A DNA stretch of 64,000 nucleotides from an uncultured Alphaproteobacteria bacterium (GTDB lineage: Bacteria > Pseudomonadota > Alphaproteobacteria > UBA8366), in contig CAVQDH010000014.1 of the NCBI GenBank assembly GCA_963711215.1, positions 178,628 through 242,627 of the forward strand, in the 5' to 3' direction. The position numbers and the translations under genes were made by a program. Below the pieces are notes generated by a model. It was not told where the DNA came from and did no database searches. It saw nothing but the letters and a program-made list of their open reading frames with translations. Positions within the stretch are counted from its first letter, which is position 1. Each line of letters opens with the position of its first letter. Shown in pieces: positions 9,478 to 17,952 of the stretch.

Positions 9478-10540
9478 TCACGGGTCCATGGCCCCGTCGA
9501 TGCGGTCGGGGTCGGGTTCGATTTCGCGCTCGCTCTCCGTTTCGGGCTGCGCCGCCGGGGCCGGCTTCTTTTCCTCTGGCTTGGCGGCGTCGCCCTTCGA
9601 GGAGGCGAAGACGCTGAGGAACCATTCTTCGAGCGGCGTATGGCGGACCGGGTGGAAATCCGCCGGCGGCGGGCCGCCGTTGGCGCCCGAGATCTTGCGC
9701 CATGCTTCCTCGACCTCTTGTGCGCTGAGGGGCTCGATGTCGGCGAACATGTTTTCCATGGGACTGCCGTATACCTCCGGGCGACGCTCCGGCGCTTTCG
9801 GATCGACCGAGCCGGGGATCGGGCTGTGGTCGGCAAATAGATCGTCGAAGACCGAATTCCGCGTAGTATTTCGGATCGTCCATCGGCCCGTTCGGACCGA
9901 CCGAGCCGGGGATGGGGCCCTGGTCGGCGAATACGTTGTCGAAAACCGTTTCCCCGTAATATTTCCGATCGTCCATCGGCCCGTCCGGACCGACGATGCC
10001 GTTGCCCCAGCGCGGATCGTTGGCGAAGTATTTCTTCAGCGCCGCGGCTTTTTCCAGAGGCGTCCAATGCCTTTTTGCCGGCGGCGGCGCTGCGGCGGCA
10101 GGCGGCGCGGTGGTTTTCGCTGCGGGCGCTTGTGTCGTTTCGAGTTGCGGCGTCCTTGCCGACCTCGGCACGGGCGGCGCCGGCTTCCGGTGCGGCACCG
10201 GCACGGCTGCGATTTCCGGGAGCTCGAGCTGTTTCAGGTCCAGTGGTCGCGGCTCGGGAACCGGCTCCGGCGGCTTGGGCTTTTCCTCGGGCTTCGGCAG
10301 GGCGACGGTCGGCAGCATGGGCGCAAGCGCGGGTTTCGGCATGGCAACCGACGGCAGCGGCTGCCGCGCTTGCGGCGGCGGCGCGGGCGGCGGCATGCGC
10401 ACCACGATGGGCCGGGGCGGCGGCAGGTGCGGCGCCGGGACCGGCTGCAGCAGCGACAGATAGAGGCCGGCGCTCACCGCATGGATCGTTGCGGCGACGA
10501 GGATTGCAAGGCCGATATGCCATTCGCGGATGTCGTCCAT
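9478..10540 (-). CDS. TonB/TolA-like membrane-anchored Pro-rich protein with novel C-terminal repeats, ~353 aa; +1 frameshift near 9856
   Basis: N-terminal TM with His (AATIHA), long Pro-rich linker, last gene of exbB-exbD-exbD operon; repeat register fixes the frameshift and joins ORF 9478-9759; length 1063 = 3n+1. Confidence 0.75.
9735..10000 (-). repeat. Intragenic ~93-bp (31-aa) tandem repeat: two clear copies and one degenerate
   Basis: VGPDGPMDDRKYYGETVFDNVFADQGPIPGS / VGPNGPMDDPKYYAESVFDDLFADHSPIPGS / VDPKAPERRPEVYGSPMENMFADIEPL; DNA repeats such as GATCGTCCATCGGCCCGT and GACCGAGCCGGGGAT. Confidence 0.85.
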
Positions 10541-10545
10541 CGCGT

Positions 10546-10942
10546 CTATCGGCTCGTAATCAGCCGCACCTCCGTTATGCCGGCCGCCCGAAGCCGCTCC
10601 ATCAGCGCGATCACGCGGTCGGAGTCCGCGTTACGGTCCGCCTTCAGCCAGACCGGTAGTGGGGATTGCGCGCCGCGCCGCATCAAGCGCGATCTGCGAC
10701 GCCAAACCGGCGTCGTCGACTTCCTGTCCGTTGAGCGCGAGGCGGCCGTCGGCGGACAGGGCGATGGTCAGGCCCGCCCGCTCCGCTGCCGCGGTCGCCG
10801 CGTCCGGCGGCGCCACGGGGAAGGGGATATAGACGCTGACGTTGGCCAGCAGCATGAAGAAGATCAGCAGCAGAAAGACCACGTTGATCAGCGGCAGCAG
10901 GGTCTCCGGCGCCTCGCGCCGCCGGCTTCGGCGAAGGTTCAT
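10546..10942 (-). CDS. exbD: ExbD/TolR biopolymer transporter; +1 frameshift near 10665
   Basis: LLPLINVVFLLLIFFML TM; shifted frame gives VWLKADRNADSDRVIALMERLRAAGITEVRL*; length 397 = 3n+1. Confidence 0.85.
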
Positions 10943-11385
10943 GGCTTGGTCTCCTCCGGCGCCCGCATCAGGGAGACGCTCTTCACGGGGATAGCCGAAA
11001 GATCATCGAGCAGGGTGACGATGCGCTGCAGCGGCACGCCGCGCGCGGGCCGGACGACGACCGGCCGGTCCGCGGCGGCCTGCAGCGCCGTCCGCAGCAG
11101 GCCCGGCAGCGCCGCGGCCGTCGCCGGCTTCTGATCCAGCATCACGCCGCCATCCTTCTGGATATCCACCAGCAGGGCCGGCGGGCCGGTATTCTGGTCG
11201 CTGGCGCGGACCGGCGCCCCGAGCAGGATCGCGTCCCAGCTCGACGCGGTGGCGCTCAGCATGAAGAAGACCAGCAGGATGAATACCATGTCGATCAGCG
11301 GCGTCAGATCGATCAGCCGCCGCCGGCCGGCGCCGCTTTCAATCCGAATGGCCGCTCCGGGCCGGCTGGACAGTCGCGTTCTCAT
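10939..11385 (-). CDS. exbD: ExbD/TolR biopolymer transporter
   Basis: DLTPLIDMVFILLVFFML with conserved Asp. Confidence 0.9.
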   Translation of the reverse strand: MRTRLSSRPGAAIRIESGAGRRRLIDLTPLIDMVFILLVFFMLSATASSWDAILLGAPVRASDQNTGPPALLVDIQKDGGVMLDQKPATAAALPGLLRTALQAAADRPVVVRPARGVPLQRIVTLLDDLSAIPVKSVSLMRAPEETKP

Positions 11386-12079
11386 GCTCTTCCGGGCTCC
11401 TCGACAAAGCCGCCGTGAATACTTTCGTCGCCGCGTCCTCCATGTCGTGCGCCAGCCGATCCACCCGGCGCTCCAGCCAGGTGGCGGCGGCCACGGTGGG
11501 GATGGCGATCGTCAGCCCGACCGCGGTCGTCAGCAGCGCTTCCCAAATGCCACGGGACAGGAGGCTGGCGTTTACTTGGTTGCCGGCGGTCTCGAGCTGC
11601 TGGAAGGCGGCGATCATGCCCAGCACCGTTCCGAACAGCCCGAGCAGCGGGCTCAGCGTGCCGATGACCTCGAGTCCGCGCAGATAGGAGCGAAGCCGCT
11701 CGAGATAAAGATTCGCGACCCGGACGACTTCCTCGCGCACGATGTCATCAGGCACCCGCGGCCGCGCCTGGGCGCGTATCGCGGTCTCCAGCACGCGGGC
11801 GATCGGATTCCGCGCCGGGGCCAGCGCCGCCAGCGCCTTTTGCGGCTCGCCCTGCCGGTGCGCCGCGAGCGCCGGCTCGATGAAGCGCCGGTCGCCGATC
11901 CGCAGCGTCCAGAACTGGTACAGCTTGACCAGGATGATCGCCATGGCGACGACGGACATGGCCATCAGGACCGCCACGACCGGGCCGCCCTCGGCGACCA
12001 GCCAGTCGATCCGCGCCAGCAATGCGTTGAGCAGAGGCGCCGGCAGCCCAGCCATGCCAGTGGAAGCGTGCGACTCCAT
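11339..12079 (-). CDS. exbB: MotA/TolQ/ExbB proton channel protein
   Basis: SPLLGLFGTVLGMI and GIWEALLTTAVGLTIAIP motifs. Confidence 0.92.
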   Translation of the reverse strand: MESHASTGMAGLPAPLLNALLARIDWLVAEGGPVVAVLMAMSVVAMAIILVKLYQFWTLRIGDRRFIEPALAAHRQGEPQKALAALAPARNPIARVLETAIRAQARPRVPDDIVREEVVRVANLYLERLRSYLRGLEVIGTLSPLLGLFGTVLGMIAAFQQLETAGNQVNASLLSRGIWEALLTTAVGLTIAIPTVAAATWLERRVDRLAHDMEDAATKVFTAALSRSPEEHENATVQPARSGHSD

Positions 12080-12133
12080 GTCTTCGCTCCGACCTTGAGG
12101 CGTCCGAGTGCGGCCGACAGTCGGCCGACTGGA

Positions 12134-12150
12134 TTTAGGTTGATCCTAAA
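12134..12150. promoter_or_regulatory. 17-bp palindrome upstream of exbB, resembling the Irr iron control element
   Basis: TTTAGG-TTGAT-CCTAAA; ICE consensus TTTAGAA-N3-TTCTAAA, 3 mismatches. Confidence 0.4.
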
Positions 12151-12488
12151 ATGCAGGAGACGAAATCTTATCCGAGTATGCCACTCTACCGCTACTCGAA
12201 TTTTCGAGGCGCGGAAACAAGGGGATGGGGCGCCGGCTACCGCTGACCCGCATGCGCCAGATGGCGCCGGTCGGCGGCGCGACGCGGTGCGCCGGCAATC
12301 TGTCCGTCAGACAACCGTCAGGGGATTGCATTAGGCTGTTATTACACGGAATGCGGAAAGGGCTCTTAATTCCGCAAAATTATCGCACGAGAACGTGATG
12401 GTACGGTTGCGTGGTACTGTGCGATGTGGCAAGGATTCAAGATTACTAGCGGCATTGTAACAAAAAAATGGGGAATCTCGTGATAGAC

Positions 12489-12656
12489 ATGCCGGACCGG
12501 CAACTGCAGGTCCTCGTGCGTGCTCATTTGGACAAATATGGCGAAGCAGCGACAGCAAACGCCCTTGAACGCGCCAACGCGCTCTCCGAGTTGGGGGACG
12601 ACGCAGGCGCGAAAATGTGGCAGCGCATCGCCGAGATGTTGGCCAGGGTCGAATAG
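12489..12656 (+). CDS. Small helical hypothetical protein, ~55 aa
   Basis: H..KYGEAA..NALERA..L..LGD..GAKMWQRIA pattern, of the kind seen in small alphaproteobacterial proteins; start could be 12468. Confidence 0.6.
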   Translation: MPDRQLQVLVRAHLDKYGEAATANALERANALSELGDDAGAKMWQRIAEMLARVE

Positions 12657-12854
12657 CAAAAAAGCCTCCGTGTGGGGCGCAAAAGACGCGCATTTCGACG
12701 CGCTGAGTTCATAACCGAGGATTGGTTACCACTTCCCTCGGGGTTCAAATCAAACTTGAACGGGATCGAACGATCGGCTCCGGAGGGGTGTTTTTGCGCC
12801 GGCAGCAGCTGGCGTACCGCGGTCCGCGTGGCCCCCGCGTCAGCCGCATGGCCG

Positions 12855-12882
12855 TTAACGATAAAGATTAATGGAACGTTAA
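12855..12882. promoter_or_regulatory. CtrA-type box TTAA-N7-TTAA plus extra half-site
   Basis: TTAAcgataaagaTTAAtggaacgTTAA; perfect TTAA-N7-TTAA at 12868-12882. Confidence 0.55.
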
Positions 12883-13036
12883 GATGTCCTGCGATAGGTT
12901 GCGCCCGCCAGATTTCCGGCGGGCCGTGGTCCTGTTTCAGGACGCGCGTGTCCTAACCCAAAGAACACGTTGATTTCCCGCTTCCTTCCAGGGGCGCGGA
13001 ACGTCAACGCTCACGCCCAAGCTGAGGGAGATATCC

Positions 13037-13210
13037 GTGGACGAGACCAGCAACATGGTGCTGTACCGCCAACTGCAGGCCACTAAATCGGCGGCCTTGC
13101 GCATCGGCCCGCTCAACCCCAACCGGCGCGATTCCGCCTTCATCCGTTACCAGCTTTTCGCGCAGCGATGGAGCCGCGTGGCCGGCGGGGAAGCGAACGC
13201 GGCCGACTAG
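13037..13210 (+). CDS. 57-aa hypothetical small protein, not in the ORF track
   Basis: GAGGGAG RBS 6 nt before GTG; (M)DETSNMVLYRQLQATKSAALRIGPLNPNRRDSAFIRYQLFAQRWSRVAGGEANAAD*. Confidence 0.5.
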   Translation: MDETSNMVLYRQLQATKSAALRIGPLNPNRRDSAFIRYQLFAQRWSRVAGGEANAAD

Positions 13211-13233
13211 AGGGGCAGGGCGAGGGGGCAGAA

Positions 13234-13309
<76 letters not shown>

Positions 13310-13415
13310 ACGGGCGCGACCCTATGGGAAGTGCCGCGCCTCTGCAATATGGCGCGCGGGCGGCCGGCGGAGAAGCCCGCCTGAAGCAAAGTCTTGGGAT
13401 CAGCGTGGCCGCTCG

Positions 13416-13883
13416 TCAGCTGCGTACGACCCGTGCTGCGTAGCAGCCCGGCGCGGCAAAGTGGATGTGCAGGTAGCGCGCTCGGAAATCGGCGAAAAGC
13501 CGCTCGATCGCCCGTTCCAGCTCTTGCCCGTCGATGAGTTCCGAACCGATCAACATGGCGTCGCGGTCGAAGGCTCTTACGGCCAGGGTGCGAAGGCGTA
13601 ACTGTTCCGGCACCTGGTCCACCGTGTCAAACGTCTCTTCGCCTTCGCGTACGAAGATGGCAAAGCGCATGCGGTAGGGCGAGTCGACGGCATGATGTTC
13701 ATAGCTGACGAGCAGGAGCGTGTCGCCCGGCTGGGCGTCTGTAAGGCTGATGCGGCAGGGATAGCCCGGCGTCCGCTCGTCGGCGATGCGCCGGACCACG
13801 CCCTGCGCTTTCAGCTCTTCGTCCGACAGGGCAAACAGATGCGAGAAGCGTTCCGCCGGCAGGCCTGTGATGCGAAAGGTCAC
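13416..13883 (-). CDS. DUF1203-family protein
   Basis: GGAG RBS, GTG start; PGYPCRISLTDA.PG, SPY...AIFV and YLHIHFAAPGCYAARV motifs. Confidence 0.85.
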   Translation of the reverse strand: MTFRITGLPAERFSHLFALSDEELKAQGVVRRIADERTPGYPCRISLTDAQPGDTLLLVSYEHHAVDSPYRMRFAIFVREGEETFDTVDQVPEQLRLRTLAVRAFDRDAMLIGSELIDGQELERAIERLFADFRARYLHIHFAAPGCYAARVVRS

Positions 13884-14005
13884 GATCTTTCTCCGAGATT
13901 CGTTGGCACGAGGCGCCATTTATGTGTGACGCGCCGTGGCATTCCACCCGCTTCTTGCGGCCGGAGGCGAAGATCCCGGATATGCGGCGACGCCGCGGCG
14001 ACCCG

Positions 14006-15307
14006 CTATAAGGCCCTGTAATCGATCGGGGCGAAGCGGTCGAGGCGGCGGTCGACCGGCGGCATCTCGGATTTGAGCCCGCTGGCGCAGTTGAACAGCA
14101 CGACCCGGTCGCGCGGGCCGACCCGGCCGCGCGCGAGCTCCTGGCGGTAGGCGGTGAAGCAGGCGGCGCCCTCGGGGCCGAGATGGACGCCGTCCGCGCG
14201 CGCGACCTCGGCCCGTGCCGCCTCCGCCTCGTCGTCGTCCACCGCCGAGCCGAAGCCGCCGCTTTCCCGCATCGCCCGGAGGCAGAGGAAATCCGCGAAG
14301 GGCTTCGGCACGCGGACGCCGTGCAAGGTGGTGGTGACCGGTTCCCAGGGCGTCTCGACCACGTCCTTGCCCTCGTCGAAGGCCTTGACCAGCGGGCCGC
14401 AGCGGGTCGACTGCACGGCGACCATGCGCGGCAGGGGGCCTTCGAGCCAGCCGAGCGCGCGCAACTCCTGAAATCCCTTCCACATGCCGATCAGGCCGGT
14501 GCCGCCGCCGGTCGGGTAGAAGATCACGTCCGGCGCCCGCCATCCGAGCTGCTCGGCGATCTCCAGCGCCATCGTCTTCTTGCCCTCGATGCGGTAGGGC
14601 TCCTTGAGCGTCGAGACGTCGTACCAGCCCATAGCCTCGCGCCCGGCCGCGACGATCTCGCCGCAATGGTTGATCAGCCCGTTGACCCGCCAGACCTTGG
14701 CGCCGTAGAGCGCGACCTCGCGCAAGGTCACCTCGGGCGCGTCGTCGGGCAGGAAGACGTAAGCCTCGATCCCGGCGCGGGCGCAATAGGCGGCGAGCGC
14801 GGCCCCGGCGTTGCCCGCGGTCGGCATGGCGGCGCGCGTGACGCCGAACGCCTTCAGCATCGCGACGGCGACGGCCAGCCCGCGCGCCTTGAAGCTGCCG
14901 GTCGGCATGCGGCTCTCGTCCTTGACCAGGATCTCGCCGCCGCCGAGCGTCTGGCGGAGCGCGGGTAGCGGCAGGAGCGGCGTCATCGGCTCGCCCAGGC
15001 TGACGATGTCCGCGGCGCGGCGGAGCGGCAGCAGCTCGCGGTAGCGCCACATCTCGGCCGGCCGGCGGGCGATGTCGTCCCGCGTCACGCGGCGGCCGAC
15101 GGCATCCAGGTCGTAGCGCACGAGCAGCGGCTTGCCCGCGCGCGAGACGTTATGCAGGCGGTCGGGATCGTGCCGCTCGCCGGTGGCGCTGCATTCGAGA
15201 TGGCTGACGCAGCAGGCGTCGTCATGAAGGTCGGGAAGGCGTGTCGGGCATGGCGGGGTCCGGTTCTCGGAAAGCGCCACGCTATCACGTTTCGCCGGCG
15301 CCGGCAT
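14006..15307 (-). CDS. thrC: Threonine synthase (PLP fold II); start uncertain
   Basis: HLECSATG, MWRYRELLP, PTGSFKARG (PLP Lys), TAGNAG, YPTGGGTG. Confidence 0.85.
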   Translation of the reverse strand: MPAPAKRDSVALSENRTPPCPTRLPDLHDDACCVSHLECSATGERHDPDRLHNVSRAGKPLLVRYDLDAVGRRVTRDDIARRPAEMWRYRELLPLRRAADIVSLGEPMTPLLPLPALRQTLGGGEILVKDESRMPTGSFKARGLAVAVAMLKAFGVTRAAMPTAGNAGAALAAYCARAGIEAYVFLPDDAPEVTLREVALYGAKVWRVNGLINHCGEIVAAGREAMGWYDVSTLKEPYRIEGKKTMALEIAEQLGWRAPDVIFYPTGGGTGLIGMWKGFQELRALGWLEGPLPRMVAVQSTRCGPLVKAFDEGKDVVETPWEPVTTTLHGVRVPKPFADFLCLRAMRESGGFGSAVDDDEAEAARAEVARADGVHLGPEGAACFTAYRQELARGRVGPRDRVVLFNCASGLKSEMPPVDRRLDRFAPIDYRAL

Positions 15308-15418
15308 GAAGACCGCTGCCCGGTCTGATCCGGCGCCCGTTTCGGATTGGCACCATGTTTCGACCTGTAAAGAGTGCGCGCCGCGGCAAATCCGGGCCAT
15401 GTTCGAGGGGAGAAGACG

Positions 15419-16342
15419 ATGCTTCGTTTGAAAATATTCTTGTCCGTCGCCGGCCTGTTGCTGCTGGTCTGCCCTCCCTTGCAGGCGGCGCAGCCCATTC
15501 TCGACGGCACGCCCCGCACCGTGGTGATGTCGGCCTTCGCCCCGGAATGGGAGGTCCTGCTGAAGGGCACGGCCGGGCAGAAGGAATACAGGCTCAACGG
15601 CAAGCGCTTCGTGACCGGCAAGCTGGCGGGCAAGGACGTTGTCCTGGTCCTGAGCGGCATCAGCATGATCAATGCGGCCATGACGGCGCAGCAAGCGATC
15701 GACCGCTTCACCGTCTCGGCCATCGTCTTTTCCGGCATCGCGGGCGGCGTGGATCCGTCCTTGACGATCGGCGACGTGGTCGTGCCCGACCAGTGGGCGG
15801 AATACCTCAATTCCGTGTTCGCGCGAGAGGTCGACGGCCGTTTCGTGCCGCAGTCCTTCTACAGCGCGAAGGATCTCTACCCCAACTTCGGCATGATCTT
15901 TCCGAGCAAGACGGAAGTGATGCGCGCCGGGCTGAACAAGCCCGAGCATCGCTTCTGGTTCCCGGTCGACGCCCGGCTTCTCGCGGTCGCGCGGCGCGTT
16001 GCCGGGGATGTCACGCTCGCCAATTGCGACCCTAAGGGCCACTGCTCCACGCACAAGCCGAAGGTCTTGGTGGGCGGCAACGGGGTTTCCGGCCAGAGCT
16101 TCGTCGATAACGCGAAATTCCGGGCCTACGTGTTCGATACTTTCAAGGCCCGGGCGCTGGACATGGAAAGTGCTGCGGTGGCGCACGTCGCCTATGCCAA
16201 CGGCGTTCCGTACATCGTCTTCCGCAGCCTGTCCGATCTTGCCGGCGGCGGCGAGGGTGCGAACGAAATTCACGTGTTCCTCGCGCTGGCTTCGGCGAAC
16301 GCCGCCAAGGTGGTCACCGCCTTCCTGACGGCAATGCCGTAG
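15419..16342 (+). CDS. 5'-methylthioadenosine/S-adenosylhomocysteine nucleosidase family protein with signal peptide
   Basis: VMSAFAPE, SGISMINAA, FSGIAGG, LDMESAAVA, FRSLSDLAG; N-terminal signal ending LQA-AQ. Confidence 0.85.
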   Translation: MLRLKIFLSVAGLLLLVCPPLQAAQPILDGTPRTVVMSAFAPEWEVLLKGTAGQKEYRLNGKRFVTGKLAGKDVVLVLSGISMINAAMTAQQAIDRFTVSAIVFSGIAGGVDPSLTIGDVVVPDQWAEYLNSVFAREVDGRFVPQSFYSAKDLYPNFGMIFPSKTEVMRAGLNKPEHRFWFPVDARLLAVARRVAGDVTLANCDPKGHCSTHKPKVLVGGNGVSGQSFVDNAKFRAYVFDTFKARALDMESAAVAHVAYANGVPYIVFRSLSDLAGGGEGANEIHVFLALASANAAKVVTAFLTAMP

Positions 16343-16654
16343 GCTCCGGCCGCGATGGCGGACGCAGAGGTGTCGCTTGGCGTCGTTCGCGATGTCGGGA
16401 CGGGCATCGGACAGGGCGTGTTTCGATCGTTCGAAAGCGCCGCGACATCATGTTTCGCCGGCGCGAGCAGGACGGCGTCCGCCAATGGGTCGCGCGATTA
16501 TTCCCTTCGCACCTGCACACAAATGTTCACGGCGCGGTGCGGTTCCGGAATAGTGCCGGCGCGGCGGAAAAGTGCCGAATCGCCACCGTGAGGGCCGCCG
16601 CTCGAGACCGCTGATCACGGAACGATCAAGCGCGGTAACTGAAATATCACCGTT

Positions 16655-16836
16655 ATTTCAAAATCTTAGCGTTGAAGGTTGTGCCTGAGCTGACCATCTC
16701 TCGGACAGGCCGGCACTCGGCCGGCGGAAACCGACACGGGATCCGTGCAAGTTTTTTAAAATGAAGGTTGTGGCTGGGCCGACCATCTCTCGGACAGGCC
16801 GGTGATCGGCCGGCGGAAACCCCCGACACGGGATCC
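16655..16836 (+). repeat. Tandem ~89-bp duplication of a promoter plus leader element
   Basis: TGAAGGTTGTG.CTG.GC.GACCATCTCTCGGACAGGCCGG....CGGCCGGCGGAAACC(CCC)GACACGGGATCC at 16673-16744 and 16762-16836. Confidence 0.9.
16672..16699 (+). promoter_or_regulatory. Putative promoter TTGAA-N17-CCATCT (RpoH-like); further copies at 16761-16788 and 17518-17545
   Basis: Boxes and 17-bp spacing conserved in three copies while the spacer sequence varies. Confidence 0.6.
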
Positions 16837-16882
16837 CCCCGTCGCCAAGGTTTCTCTTCACCAAACACTAGGAGTGGCAGAA

Positions 16883-17185
16883 ATGAAGAAATTGATGGTT
16901 CCTTTGGCTCTCGCATTCGCCCTGTCGGCGACCGGAGCGGCCTTTGCTGCAACGTCCAGCGATCCGGACGCGTATCTCTACGCACAGCCGAGCCCGTTCG
17001 CGCAGCCGACGGATTCGGTCGGGTCGCAGACCGTCGCGCAGACGCCGGACCCGCGGCTCGATCCCGAGTCTCAGGAGGCCAACCTGTCGCAGCAGACCTA
17101 CGCGGCCATGCCGCAACATCAGCACCAGGCTTCTTCCGATCCGTGGACCCAGGACGGCATCTTCGGGCCCTATGGGCCGGAATAA
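16883..17185 (+). CDS. Secreted small protein A, 100 aa, with DAYLYAxPSPFA and PWTQDGIFGPYGPE motifs
   Basis: AGGAG RBS, Sec signal ending AFA-A; paralog at 17641. Confidence 0.85.
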   Translation: MKKLMVPLALAFALSATGAAFAATSSDPDAYLYAQPSPFAQPTDSVGSQTVAQTPDPRLDPESQEANLSQQTYAAMPQHQHQASSDPWTQDGIFGPYGPE

Positions 17186-17210
17186 GCCTGCGCGCGATTG
17201 CAGCAGACTG

Positions 17211-17253
17211 GAAGGGGCAAGACGGCCGGGGGAAGTCACTCCCGGCCGCCTTC
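17211..17253 (+). terminator. Conserved 3' hairpin after peptide A
   Basis: CGGCCGGGG-GAAGTCA-CTCCCGGCCG stem with outer GAAGG/CCTTC pairing; weak U-tract. Confidence 0.6.
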
Positions 17254-17500
17254 CATTGTGCGCGCCGTTACGTCGGCGCCGAACCTTCGCAAGCATCTGA
17301 GACGCGCGATGAAGGCCCGGATGCCGAAGCATTTTCCCGAGATCACGCGCGAACCTGCCGGCCACACGCCCGATCACGGCGCGGTGTGGGCTCGGCCCGG
17401 CGAAGAAGGCCGGGAAACCGCGGCTGCGGTCATCTTTTCCCGCCGTTTGGCGGCCACGGCTCACGCAGCCGTCACGGGGGTTGGCCGGAGAATCACCATC

Positions 17501-17576
17501 ATTTCAAAATCTTAGCGTTGAAGGCGGCGGTCTGGCTCGCCATCTCTCGGGCAGGCGGGGACCGCCCCGCAGAAAT
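17501..17576 (+). repeat. Third copy of the promoter/leader element
   Basis: 24-mer ATTTCAAAATCTTAGCGTTGAAGG identical to 16655-16678, then CCATCTCTCGG.CAGG and a GGCGG/CCGCC hairpin. Confidence 0.85.
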
Positions 17577-17640
17577 TCAGGACGGCGTTCCGCCAGCAAC
17601 ACGTTCCCTTTCACCCATAGCCCTATCAAGGAGTGGCACA

Positions 17641-17928
17641 ATGCAAAAACGTATGCTTTCGATGATGGCCGTGCTTGCCATGGCGGTAAGCGGCGCCAGC
17701 TTCCTCGCGTCGGCCGCAAATGCGAGCGACGCCTATCTCTATGCCGAGCCGAGCCCGTTTGCGGTTCCGCATAAGACGGCCGGCTCCGAACAACTCGCGG
17801 CCCTGCCCACGCAGACCGCGGCTGTCGGGTCCGGGAATGTCAACACGATCAAGATGGTCAAGACGCACCATCGGCATCAGGCTCCGTGGACCCAGGACGG
17901 CATCTTCGGTCCCTATGGGCCGGAATAA
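17641..17928 (+). CDS. Secreted small protein B, 95 aa, paralog of 16883-17185
   Basis: AAGGAG RBS, signal ending ANA-S; DAYLYAEPSPFA and HRHQAPWTQDGIFGPYGPE*. Confidence 0.85.
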   Translation: MQKRMLSMMAVLAMAVSGASFLASAANASDAYLYAEPSPFAVPHKTAGSEQLAALPTQTAAVGSGNVNTIKMVKTHHRHQAPWTQDGIFGPYGPE

Positions 17929-17952
17929 GCCGCTGATCGTTCCGGCGGACAC

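Noticed and set aside
15308-16273. Long N-terminal extension of thrC (755-aa ORF in the track)
   Set aside because: The extension is the antisense shadow of the nucleosidase gene; ThrC similarity begins near 15220
16768-17928. 386-aa ORF ending in peptide B
   Set aside because: Upstream part runs out of frame through peptide A and its hairpin; RBS and signal peptide place the start at 17641
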